IMG/VR virus record: IMGVR_UViG_3300014885_000004 | Span: 1-49,361 of that record | Direction: 5' to 3' (one strand) | DNA from: a virus | Taxonomy: Duplodnaviria; Caudoviricetes | DNA length: 49,361 nucleotides | Shown: positions 17,309-25,348 of the stretch, piece by piece | How the letters are laid out: every line of letters starts with the position of its first letter | Position numbering within the stretch: the first letter of the stretch is position 1 | Notes under the pieces: model-generated | What the model was told of the DNA's origin: nothing | Databases searched by the model: none | Seen by the model: the letters and a program-made list of their open reading frames with translations, nothing else | Made by a program: the position numbers and the translations under genes

Positions 17309-17638
17309 GTGGCGGAAGGCACCCTGAAGGTGTTGCGGGGGTCGGGAGACATCCGGCTCCCGCAACACCTCGTGGTGTTCGGAGTGACACCCAAGATCCA
17401 CGGGAAGAGGAAAGGAGCAGCATCCGCCATCATCGAAGCGGCGGACACGACCCACGCCAGGGAGGTGTTCCGAGCCTGGCACGAGTGGAGGTACGGACAG
17501 CCGGGAGCGATCCTGGAGGTCCGGTTTCTACCTCCACTCGTCTACGCTGAGTTCAGCCACGGTTGGAGGATCATGGATGACATCTCCGACGGGGAGGTCC
17601 CGGAGGAGCCACCATCCGACACGGAGGACGCAACGTGA
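17309..17638 (+). CDS. Hypothetical early protein
   Basis: Contiguous ORF in the early operon. Confidence 0.5.
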   Translation: MAEGTLKVLRGSGDIRLPQHLVVFGVTPKIHGKRKGAASAIIEAADTTHAREVFRAWHEWRYGQPGAILEVRFLPPLVYAEFSHGWRIMDDISDGEVPEEPPSDTEDAT

Positions 17639-17654
17639 AGAAGGAGACCGAGAA

Positions 17655-18248
17655 GTGACCATCTACGCAATCACGTTGGACCAGCAGGAGGAGCTGATGA
17701 GGATCCTGGCCGAACGCCAGGATCACGGTGCGTACCCTCTCTGGAAGCGGTTCCAGCTGGACTCCCCGAAGGGGGATGAGGACGTCGTGCTCCGTGGCGG
17801 AGTCATCCGCAAGTTCGAATACCAGAGCGGGCTGAACAAGGACACGGAGGGATCGCCGGGGTTCCACTGCTACGTGGAGAAGCCGTGGGAGGAGATGCTG
17901 GCTCGGACCAGCAGGTTCCACGCCGGAGGCGACGCGGGAGTTGCCCTGAGGGTCTTCGCACGGCCGGAGGCGATGGTCGCCGTGGGTAACTACGGTGGCC
18001 CGTACTTGAAGGAGAACCCGATCTTCGCAGTGGTGGTCCGGGAGTTCTGGATCCCGGACGACGAGATCGAGGGTCTTCGTCAACAGCTCCGGGCGGAGAA
18101 GACGAAGAGGGACACGAAGTACGCGGAAGCGATCCGTGCCCAGCAGGAGGAGGACAGGAAGCGAGCGGAGTTCATCCGGAACAAGCGGATCCACACGCCT
18201 GAGGTCTGCCACGACCTGAGGGAGAAGTTCTTCACCCGAACCGCCTAG
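17655..18248 (+). CDS. Hypothetical early protein (197 aa)
   Basis: AAGGAG SD before GTG. Confidence 0.7.
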   Translation: MTIYAITLDQQEELMRILAERQDHGAYPLWKRFQLDSPKGDEDVVLRGGVIRKFEYQSGLNKDTEGSPGFHCYVEKPWEEMLARTSRFHAGGDAGVALRVFARPEAMVAVGNYGGPYLKENPIFAVVVREFWIPDDEIEGLRQQLRAEKTKRDTKYAEAIRAQQEEDRKRAEFIRNKRIHTPEVCHDLREKFFTRTA

Positions 18249-18394
18249 GGGAGGGGGTACCGGAGCCCAGCTCCGGTACCTAACCCACGCGCCGGTCCCA
18301 AGTCCGGCGAGCGGGGGGCAGGTACAACTGCAGGTGTGTACCCGCCCAGGGCAAGTGTCCCTTATCACGTACACCTGCGACACGGAGAGTAACC

Positions 18395-18589
18395 ATGTCT
18401 GCATCCACATCCAGCATCGCCACCGTCAAGATGAGCCTCCGCCGGACCACGAAGGGGTCGTATCTCTACGAGGCCCTCGACCCGCGAAGCGAGGTCATCC
18501 GCAACCTGTACATCCGCAAGGAGGCCTTCGGCACCCGCGTGCCGCAGGAGGTCACCGTGATCGTGGAGGTTCCGGGCGAGGGGGCGTAG
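18395..18589 (+). CDS. Hypothetical small beta-rich protein
   Basis: GGAGAG SD. Confidence 0.65.
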   Translation: MSASTSSIATVKMSLRRTTKGSYLYEALDPRSEVIRNLYIRKEAFGTRVPQEVTVIVEVPGEGA

Positions 18590-18591
18590 CC

Positions 18592-18810
18592 ATGCCCTTC
18601 AACCGGAAGTCTCCCACGAAGAAGGTGCGGTGCATCGTCTGCAACAGGTGGTTCCGCTCGTACTGGGCGGCGACCAAGACCAAGCAGCCGTGGGCAGTAT
18701 TCTGCTCCATGCTGTGCTGCAGCCGAGACTACCGCTTGCGGGTAGCCTTGCACGACAAGACGCGGTACCACCCGAGGGCCGGGAAGGGTGCCGTCACCAT
18801 CAGCAGGTAG
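18592..18810 (+). CDS. Zn-finger-like small protein
   Basis: CIVC...FCSMLC motifs. Confidence 0.6.
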   Translation: MPFNRKSPTKKVRCIVCNRWFRSYWAATKTKQPWAVFCSMLCCSRDYRLRVALHDKTRYHPRAGKGAVTISR

Positions 18811-18818
18811 GAGGTATC

Positions 18819-19022
18819 ATGGCGATCGCGTTCCTCGCCGCAGTCCGGAGCTACTTCGGGCCGCGGACCCAGTTCGACACGAAGGAGCAGGAACGTGCGG
18901 ACTTCATCAAGGAGTACCGCGCCCTGACCGAGCAGGACAAGCTGGACATCGCGCGGATGCTCCGCGAGGTCGGCGTGGACTGCGAGGACCCGAAGGCGCC
19001 CTCGGCCTCGGCCTCGGCGTAG
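18819..19022 (+). CDS. Hypothetical early protein
   Basis: AGGAGGT SD. Confidence 0.7.
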   Translation: MAIAFLAAVRSYFGPRTQFDTKEQERADFIKEYRALTEQDKLDIARMLREVGVDCEDPKAPSASASA

Positions 19023-19035
19023 ACCTGTGACACCC

Positions 19036-19066
19036 GCCCGGGGGAGGGTCGTTCTCTCCCCCGGGC
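19036..19066 (+). terminator. GC-rich stem-loop, putative terminator
   Basis: GCCCGGGGGAG/CTCCCCCGGGC followed by CTCTT. Confidence 0.5.
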
Positions 19067-19088
19067 CTCTTCGCTACACGGAGGTAAC

Positions 19089-19349
19089 GTGAAGTTTACC
19101 AAGCAGACCGCAACGTCGTCCAACCGCCGGTTCGCGGCACGGACCAAGGCCAGGCAGATGTCCCGGTACCACCCTCGGTACTGGCGTGCCTCGGACGGGC
19201 TCTGGTATGGGGAGGGTATCCCCGGTGCCTGGGAGACCCGCACGAAGCTGCTCGCCGCGTTCCACGTGTTCGCGATCGAGCGCGGGGAGCGCCCACCTAC
19301 CCCCCGGCGGATTGACGGGTACACGCAACACCCCCGGTATTGGAGGTAG
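19089..19349 (+). CDS. Hypothetical basic protein
   Basis: GGAGGT SD. Confidence 0.6.
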   Translation: MKFTKQTATSSNRRFAARTKARQMSRYHPRYWRASDGLWYGEGIPGAWETRTKLLAAFHVFAIERGERPPTPRRIDGYTQHPRYWR

Positions 19350-19351
19350 CC

Positions 19352-19576
19352 ATGAGCGAGTTCTGCAAGCAGTGTGCGGAGGGCCTGGACCTGTACAATG
19401 ATGCAGCCGGCCTCGTGAGTACCGCAGAGGAGACGGATGGTATCTCCGTCGTCTTCCTCTGCGAGGGCTGCGGGTTCGGCCTGATCAAGGCCGACGGGAC
19501 GTGCATGGGATGTCCCTGGGACGACGTCAACCTGGGGTGCAGGAAGCACTTGACCACCACGGAGGAACTGAAGTGA
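19352..19576 (+). CDS. Cys-rich small protein (FCxxC...LCEGCG)
   Basis: GGAGGT SD; paired CxxC motifs. Confidence 0.7.
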   Translation: MSEFCKQCAEGLDLYNDAAGLVSTAEETDGISVVFLCEGCGFGLIKADGTCMGCPWDDVNLGCRKHLTTTEELK

Positions 19577-19911
19577 CCAACCGACAACTCCTTGCACAGT
19601 GCAGTGAGACCACGCTCCGAGCGATGGCCAAGGCGGTCCTGGCGCACTGGGACTCGACCGCTGACGAGCCGCTCGCAATGACCTCGGTCCTGGTGGTCAC
19701 CCTTCATGGGGAGAACGACTCACTTACACGAGACGACATGGAGGCCATCGCGAGGGCGTTCCTGGAGAGGTACACCGAGCACCTCACCCTGATCTCCAAC
19801 CGGGAGGCTCACTTCCTGGCCCACTTGCGGGGCATTCTCGTCCACGACATGATCGAGCACCTCGGGCCCTGGGTGCCGAAGGATCACCCGGCCCGCACTG
19901 GAGGGTTCTGA
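19573..19911 (+). CDS. Hypothetical early protein
   Basis: GTGA overlap; GGAGG SD. Confidence 0.65.
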   Translation: MTNRQLLAQCSETTLRAMAKAVLAHWDSTADEPLAMTSVLVVTLHGENDSLTRDDMEAIARAFLERYTEHLTLISNREAHFLAHLRGILVHDMIEHLGPWVPKDHPARTGGF

Positions 19912-19912
19912 C

Positions 19913-20119
19913 ATGCAGCTGATCTCGGCCCCTCGCGGACTGAGGCGTATCCTCAGGCAGTTCGCAATCGAAGTGAAGCAGAACCCTGGCTGGGCAGTGA
20001 AGGTCCCAGACCACATCATCGACGCGATCCCGGAAGGACTTGACCAGTGGGCGCAGGACCAACTCGAGCTGTTCGGGTTGGTTCGCCGCCCCGACGGCAG
20101 ATGGGAGAAGAGGCAATGA
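19913..20119 (+). CDS. Hypothetical early protein
   Basis: GGAGG SD. Confidence 0.6.
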   Translation: MQLISAPRGLRRILRQFAIEVKQNPGWAVKVPDHIIDAIPEGLDQWAQDQLELFGLVRRPDGRWEKRQ

Positions 20120-20337
20120 AGAAGAGGATCCACCCGAACCACCTGCAGCGCATCGCGCTCGTGCCCGGCTGCCCCTTCGAGGCCACCCCGGCCTCGTACG
20201 GGGCCATGGCAGGGTTCGTTCCCGTGACCACCCCGGTCACAGTCACCCGGGAGGTCCGGGACAAGCAGGGCAACATCCGTCCGCGGGGCAAGGTCGTGAC
20301 CGAGAAGCGGGTCACTTGGCAGAAGGAGACCAGGTAA
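20116..20337 (+). CDS. Hypothetical early protein
   Basis: ATGA overlap. Confidence 0.55.
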   Translation: MKKRIHPNHLQRIALVPGCPFEATPASYGAMAGFVPVTTPVTVTREVRDKQGNIRPRGKVVTEKRVTWQKETR

Positions 20338-20834
20338 TGGCAACCGTCCTGTACGAGTACACCGTCCGGGGGAAGGGTCACTTCCCTGCGGACATGCTGC
20401 GCCGGGACCAGTGTTGGCCGGCGCACAACGAAGACGTGATGTGGATGGCCTGGAACGAGGGCGCCGAGCGCGAGCTTATGCTCCTCAGTCACCAGGAGCC
20501 TACCAAGGACCGGTGGGCCTCCTTCGGCTGGGAGGTCACCGAGCTCGTGACGATCCGGCCAGGGCTCCCAGTAGTCCGGGCCCTGTGCGAGGGCGTCGAG
20601 CCCGGAACAGCGTCCGCAAGCGTGTGTTCTAAGGAGGCACGACCAATGGCCTTTACCGTCACCATCGATGACCCGGGAGAGGAGGTCACCGTGGAGGGAG
20701 ACTTCGTCTCGGTCTCTCTGCACGGAGACCTTCGAGTGTTCCGCCAGTTCGGAGAATCCGTACGCTGTGTCGCATCCTTCGCGGTGGGGGAGTGGCGCCG
20801 GTGTGTACCACCGCCTGCACGGAGGCGTCGATGA
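20337..20834 (+). CDS. FPxDMLRxD-CWP protein read through a terL-derived segment into a second gene (own start 20646)
   Basis: TAATG overlap; internal AAGGAGG SD before ATG 20646. Confidence 0.6.
   Translation: MATVLYEYTVRGKGHFPADMLRRDQCWPAHNEDVMWMAWNEGAERELMLLSHQEPTKDRWASFGWEVTELVTIRPGLPVVRALCEGVEPGTASASVCSKEARPMAFTVTIDDPGEEVTVEGDFVSVSLHGDLRVFRQFGESVRCVASFAVGEWRRCVPPPARRRR
20554..20604. repeat. Exact 51-bp direct repeat of terL 12217-12267
   Basis: TCCGGCCAGGGCTCCCAGTAGTCCGGGCCCTGTGCGAGGGCGTCGAGCCCG occurs at both loci. Confidence 0.95.
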
Positions 20835-21106
20835 TCACGAAGCAGGTCTGGTACTACCGTCCACGTAACCCAAAGCCGATCCCTGCCGTCCAGGTGGGCT
20901 GTGACAGCTCCGGGGCGCACATCGTCTATGTCTGGAGGAGGAAAGTCTGCCTCCGATACGTGCTCTATGCGTCCCTCCAGCCCCGGGGCACCTTCGAGCA
21001 GGTGGACTTCCTGTCGCCGAACCTGGAGCTACCGAACAGCCTCAAACTCGTGACGCTCGACTCGATCCCGAAGAAACGTCCTCGGAAGACGTGCTCTCGT
21101 AACTAG
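20831..21106 (+). CDS. Hypothetical early protein
   Basis: GGAGG SD; ATGA overlap. Confidence 0.6.
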   Translation: MITKQVWYYRPRNPKPIPAVQVGCDSSGAHIVYVWRRKVCLRYVLYASLQPRGTFEQVDFLSPNLELPNSLKLVTLDSIPKKRPRKTCSRN

Positions 21107-21161
21107 TTGATTTCCTTCAGCTTTTTTCGGGAGTGCCCCAAATACGAAGCTGTGTTATACT
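21100..21161 (+). promoter_or_regulatory. 22-bp motif plus promoter with extended -10 (TGTGTTATACT)
   Basis: Homologous to the 24302-24362 block. Confidence 0.65.
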
Positions 21162-21167
21162 CTGGAC

Positions 21168-21368
21168 ATGTTCAGGGACAGGGACAGGGACAGGGACAAG
21201 GACCGCATCACGACCGCCGAGCTGGCCGAGGCACTGGATGTGTCTCTGGCCCTGCCCGACGCCGTCGCGAAGGCCCTGTACGAGCGGCCGGTGGCCGAGC
21301 TCACTCCTCGCCAGCTGGCCCGCGTCGTGGAACTTCTCAGCACCGGTGAATGGGTGTCCGTGATCTGA
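21168..21368 (+). CDS. Small HTH-like protein, possibly leaderless
   Basis: ITTAELAEALDVS; ATG 6 nt after the -10 box; no SD. Confidence 0.55.
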   Translation: MFRDRDRDRDKDRITTAELAEALDVSLALPDAVAKALYERPVAELTPRQLARVVELLSTGEWVSVI

Positions 21369-21416
21369 AGGTCAGATCCGTACCCGTCACCTCACCCGTA
21401 AGGGAGCATCTGCATC

Positions 21417-21653
21417 ATGGCACTGCGCAAGATCACCATCGAAGTGTCCGAGGACAAGGCTGGCACGTTCGAGTCCTTCCTGAAGGGGCTCGCGACGCCC
21501 CAGACGCCCGTCGCGGGGGACCGTCTCTTCTCGCTCGCGATGGGTCAGGCCAAGCAGCGCAAGCACAACGTGGAGCGCAACAAGGAGATGCGCGAGGCGG
21601 TGAAGATCGTCAAGGAGCGCGGCCTGCTCCCCGCGAAGGGGGCGAAGGCCTAG
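21417..21653 (+). CDS. RHH-like small protein, paralog 4
   Basis: RKITIEVSED...ERNKEMREAVKIVKERGLLP. Confidence 0.7.
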   Translation: MALRKITIEVSEDKAGTFESFLKGLATPQTPVAGDRLFSLAMGQAKQRKHNVERNKEMREAVKIVKERGLLPAKGAKA

Positions 21654-21816
21654 CGGAGCCTGGGCACCGACCACCGTCTTCCGCACGGCGTACCTGGCGG
21701 GTTACCTCCGTGGCTCGATAGAACGAACGCCGGCACCCCGAGTCCAGGGTAGGGGTGCCCTTCCTTGTCCCCGTGCTCCGTACCTCGTTCAACACGGACC
21801 TACACGGAGGCCTTCC

Positions 21817-21990
21817 TTGCTCACTGCAACAGCTCTCGTTACCATTCTCCTGATCTCCGCCCTCCTGGCCCACGTGCTCCTTCCTTGGTACCCCTGGAAG
21901 AAGCGCGGCGGGCCTCGTCTACGTCTCGCCCGGTGTATCCACGGGAACCACCGGGCCATGTGCCCAACCTGTGAAGGAGACCAGCGATGA
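21817..21990 (+). CDS. Small TM protein with C-terminal Cys/His motif (57 aa; not in ORF track)
   Basis: GGAGG SD plus TTG; MLTATALVTILLISALLAHVLLPW...CIHG...CPTC; ATGA overlap with the ligase. Confidence 0.55.
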   Translation: MLTATALVTILLISALLAHVLLPWYPWKKRGGPRLRLARCIHGNHRAMCPTCEGDQR

Positions 21991-22859
21991 TTCGCCGACC
22001 CATGCTCGCAGGACAGGCTGACCTGTCCAAGCTCCGTTACCCCGTCGCGGTCACCCCGAAGATAGATGGGATCCGTTGCCTCATCGTGGACGGGGTCGCG
22101 GTTTCCCGGTCCTGGAAGCCGATCCGGAACCGGCACGTGCAAGCGCTCCTGGAGGGCCTCCCCGACGGCCTCGACGGGGAGCTGGTGGTCGTCGGGGGCA
22201 CCTTCCAGGATACTACCTCCGGCATCATGTCCGAGTGGGGAACACCAACCTTTACCTACCAGGTCTTCGACTGGGCCGGTTGGGCCAAGCACGACCTCCG
22301 GGAGGGCTACCTGAAGCGGGTATTGCTCCTATCCGCCCTGTATACGGGTCGGTGGCCTGTGGAGAAGGTGCTCCCTCAGATCGTGGCCTCGGAGGCCGAC
22401 CTGGAGGACGCCGAGCGGATGTACCTCTCCTACGGCCACGAGGGGATCATGATCCGTGACCCCGACGGACCGTACAAGGAGGGACGCTCCACTACCCGAG
22501 AGGGCTACCTGCTGAAGTTGAAGAGGTTCGTGGACACGGAAGCCGTGGTGATCGGGTTCGAGGAACTCCTACTCAACCAGAACGAGGCAACCCGGAACGC
22601 CTTTGGGCACACGACCCGGTCCGCGGACCAGGCGGGGCTCGTGCGCGGCTCCACCCTCGGCGCTCTCCTTGTCCACCACCCCACCTTCGGCACGTTCTCC
22701 GTCGGCACCGGCTTCTCAGCCGCCCAGCGGGGCGAGATCTGGCACCACCAGCTCAAGTACCTGAACCGGGTAGCCAAGATCAAGTATCAGGAGGTAGGCA
22801 TCCTGGAAAAGCCACGGTTCCCGGTCTTCATCGGCTTCCGAGCCCCGGAGGATGTATGA
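21987..22859 (+). CDS. lig: ATP-dependent DNA ligase
   Basis: KIDGIR (motif I), LDGEL, YQVFD, EGIMIR, LKLK and PRFPVF. Confidence 0.95.
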   Translation: MIRRPMLAGQADLSKLRYPVAVTPKIDGIRCLIVDGVAVSRSWKPIRNRHVQALLEGLPDGLDGELVVVGGTFQDTTSGIMSEWGTPTFTYQVFDWAGWAKHDLREGYLKRVLLLSALYTGRWPVEKVLPQIVASEADLEDAERMYLSYGHEGIMIRDPDGPYKEGRSTTREGYLLKLKRFVDTEAVVIGFEELLLNQNEATRNAFGHTTRSADQAGLVRGSTLGALLVHHPTFGTFSVGTGFSAAQRGEIWHHQLKYLNRVAKIKYQEVGILEKPRFPVFIGFRAPEDV

Positions 22860-22951
22860 CACTCATCATCATCGGACTTACAATGGTCGTCATAGGAGTG
22901 GGGATGATGATTCTAGGCGGTCGCCTCTTCGACGGTAAGGAGAAGCCATGA
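22856..22951 (+). CDS. 31-aa single-TM micro-protein
   Basis: MTLIIIGLTMVVIGVGMMILGG...; ATGA overlaps at both ends; GGAGG SD. Confidence 0.6.
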   Translation: MTLIIIGLTMVVIGVGMMILGGRLFDGKEKP

Positions 22952-23460
22952 ACGAGTGCCGCTTGACCGACCTCGGCTTCAGTGTACGACCCATCGGCAA
23001 CGGCCTGCTCGTTGAGTTCTTCGATGGGGTCTCCAAGCCGTTCGCGTTTCGGACGTGGGCAGAGGCCCGTGAGTTCCTCGACCGTGTCATCACGGAGGAG
23101 TTTATCGTGAAGGAGGACCAGAGCCCGGCGCGCGAGATCGCCGACGCTCTCGAATCCGCGCCAACACAGCACGATCCGATGATGTATCTCGCCCGGCTCT
23201 ATCTAGAAGAGGGATGCACGGCTTATCCAGCGCCGTTGTGGATGTGCCAGAGACATGCAGAGGAGGCACCAGCAACACCAGCGCTCCCTTCGCAGCAGGA
23301 GATCGCGGCGGCGCTAAGGGACGAGTACGAGCGACTCGACACCGGAGACATGCACGACTGGAACAGGCAGGCATCTAACGAGTCCGTGCGATGGCTCGCC
23401 GTCGCCCGCAAGGCGAAGAAGCTACTAACCATATCGCCGGAGGAGCCCACCCGTGACTGA
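22948..23460 (+). CDS. Hypothetical protein (possibly chimeric)
   Basis: AAGGAG SD. Confidence 0.55.
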   Translation: MNECRLTDLGFSVRPIGNGLLVEFFDGVSKPFAFRTWAEAREFLDRVITEEFIVKEDQSPAREIADALESAPTQHDPMMYLARLYLEEGCTAYPAPLWMCQRHAEEAPATPALPSQQEIAAALRDEYERLDTGDMHDWNRQASNESVRWLAVARKAKKLLTISPEEPTRD

Positions 23461-23617
23461 CGCCGATCTACGAGATGCGATGCGCGCCTACGAGATCGAG
23501 GTAGAACAGGAGGCCATACGGCTGATCCGTGACCGTGGGCTAGCGCCGTGGCGTGCGATGGCCGAGGCGGCCGAGAACGTCCGACGCCGCCGGGAGCGAG
23601 GGCGTCGTGTCCGCTGA
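23453..23617 (+). CDS. Hypothetical 54-aa protein
   Basis: GGAGGAG SD plus GTG; MTDADLRDAMRAYEIEVEQEAIRL... Confidence 0.5.
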   Translation: MTDADLRDAMRAYEIEVEQEAIRLIRDRGLAPWRAMAEAAENVRRRRERGRRVR

Positions 23618-24017
23618 CCCAACCCCAGCAGAGCGCTACGAGGCAGATGTCCGCGGCAGGTACGTCAACCATCGAAAGGCGGAGTGCATCGGCTTCTTCG
23701 GCTACGGCTCCGGCCGCGAGGCGCGCGCTCGGCACCAAGACGCTCAGGCGATGGGCCAGCGGTCTGCCTTCTGCAACGAGTGTCCGCAGAAGCAGGCTTG
23801 TTGGGACCTGCTGCGCGTGAAGGCCAAAGAGGTCATGCCCGCGCTGACAGAAGAGTTCGAGCGGATGGCTCAGGTTCACCGCGGCGCGGCACTGCTTCGA
23901 GCGTGGCAGGCGTTCACGGGCGCGAAGGTCACCGAGTACCACCCGGACCCGTACATGGCGCTCAACCTCCTAAACATGCGGATCGGTGCAGAGCACTCCG
24001 AAGAGATCAGAGCATGA
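23607..24017 (+). CDS. Cys-containing hypothetical protein
   Basis: C...FCNECPQKQAC motif; overlap-coupled. Confidence 0.55.
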   Translation: MSADPTPAERYEADVRGRYVNHRKAECIGFFGYGSGREARARHQDAQAMGQRSAFCNECPQKQACWDLLRVKAKEVMPALTEEFERMAQVHRGAALLRAWQAFTGAKVTEYHPDPYMALNLLNMRIGAEHSEEIRA

Positions 24018-24198
24018 GCGACGAGCACCTCGCCGTCCTCGCGCGCGCCGCATCCTGCGCGCCAAGATCGACCGCGTGGTGGAGGCGCTGGCAGAGATCC
24101 GGCGAGTGGACGGACCAGGCGCGGATCTATCACCCGGTGGGCCATGCTACGAGATCGCCAGCCGGGTGCTCGCCGAGCTGCACGGGGAGGAGAAGTGA
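24014..24198 (+). pseudogene. Apparently frameshifted small gene
   Basis: Coupled ATG at 24014 (MSDEHLAVLA) is in a different frame from the protein-like ILRAKIDRVVEALAEIRR...HGEEK whose stop couples to the next gene. Confidence 0.35.
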
Positions 24199-24290
24199 GA
24201 ACCATGGCGTTCCTGTTCATCTGTGCCGGGTGGTTCCTGTTCGGCGTGTGCATCGGGCATCTACTGACGGTTGCACGGTTCTTCAGTTAG
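24195..24290 (+). CDS. 31-aa single-TM micro-protein
   Basis: GGAGGAG SD; AFLFICAGWFLFGVCIGHLLTV. Confidence 0.5.
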   Translation: MRTMAFLFICAGWFLFGVCIGHLLTVARFFS

Positions 24291-24301
24291 TATCCATTTG
24301 C

Positions 24302-24362
24302 TAACTCGTTGAAATCGTTCAGCTTTTTTCCGTTGACCTCAAATAGCGTTCCATAGTATAAT
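24302..24362 (+). promoter_or_regulatory. 22-bp motif plus sigma70 promoter TTGACC-N18-TATAAT
   Basis: Near-consensus boxes upstream of the DNA metabolism operon. Confidence 0.8.
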
Positions 24363-24388
24363 AGGGACACGTTCACAGCGGAGTAACC

Positions 24389-24631
24389 TTGACACCGATA
24401 CCTGCCATCGTCACCCGCCTCCTTACCCGGCGGACCGTCGGCTCGTTCCGAGACCGTCGCCTTGCCCGGGTAGCCCGTCAGAAGTCCCGGAACACGGCCT
24501 ATAACAAGGCGTATCAGAAGGCACAGCGAGACGCTGTGAAGGAGATACAGGCCTCGCTCACGCCCGAGGACTGGGCGACGATTCGTGCCCAGGCTCGGGA
24601 GAACCTACGAAGGAAAGGAACCATCACGTGA
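24389..24631 (+). CDS. Basic helical hypothetical protein
   Basis: GGAG SD plus TTG; GTGA overlap with queC. Confidence 0.55.
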   Translation: MTPIPAIVTRLLTRRTVGSFRDRRLARVARQKSRNTAYNKAYQKAQRDAVKEIQASLTPEDWATIRAQARENLRRKGTIT

Positions 24632-25344
24632 AGATTGGAACCACGATCCTCCTCTCAGGCGGCCAGGATTCCGTCACGTCCCTCTTCTGGGCCCAGCGGG
24701 AGGCAGCCTCCGGGCGGCTACCTGGGCCACTCGCAGCGCTGACGTTCTTCTACGGGCAGAGACACGCGGTCGAGACCTCCTACGCAGAGAAGGTAGCCCG
24801 GGAGGCGGACGTGCCCCTGCACCTCCTGGGGCTCGATATCCTCTCCGCGTTGAACCAGCCTTCAGCCCTGGTGAACGCGGGCCTGGACGTCGCCTCGGCC
24901 TCGGCGCACAATGACGGGCTCCCTGCGTCCTTCGTCCCCGGCCGGAACATCTTCTTCTTCACCACAGCAGCCGTGTGGGCTTCCTGGCGTGGCTGCTCCC
25001 ACCTCGTCTCCGGCGTCTGTCAGACGGACTTCTCTGGGTACCCCGATTGCCGGCGGAAGTTCGTCGACGCCCTCGAGCTGGCGCTCACCCTCGGCCTGGA
25101 GAAGCCGGTGCACATCCACACGCCGCTGATGATGCTCACGAAAGCGCAGACGTGGGCGCTCGCGAGGGAGCTGGGGGTCCTGGAGACCGTGCGCCAGGAT
25201 TCCCATACCTGTTACCAGGGGGACCATCACACGGAGCAACCCTGGGGGTACGGCTGCGGGACCTGCCCGGCGTGCCTGGTCCGTGGCCGTGGCTGGAAGG
25301 AGTTCATCAGGGATTCCACCACACAGACGATCCGCAGTTGGTGA
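24628..25344 (+). CDS. queC: 7-cyano-7-deazaguanine synthase
   Basis: LSGGQDS PP-loop, YGQRH, FVPGRN, GYPDCR, TPLM..TK and TCY...CGTCPAC. Confidence 0.97.
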   Translation: MKIGTTILLSGGQDSVTSLFWAQREAASGRLPGPLAALTFFYGQRHAVETSYAEKVAREADVPLHLLGLDILSALNQPSALVNAGLDVASASAHNDGLPASFVPGRNIFFFTTAAVWASWRGCSHLVSGVCQTDFSGYPDCRRKFVDALELALTLGLEKPVHIHTPLMMLTKAQTWALARELGVLETVRQDSHTCYQGDHHTEQPWGYGCGTCPACLVRGRGWKEFIRDSTTQTIRSW

Positions 25345-25348
25345 GCCG

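Noticed and set aside
12217-20604. 51-bp repeat as a DGR template/variable pair or att core
   Set aside because: No adenine mismatches, reverse transcriptase or integrase
21460-21480. GTTCGAGTCC T-loop-like motif (tRNA)
   Set aside because: Lies inside a coding gene with no cloverleaf stems; no tRNA recognised anywhere in the window
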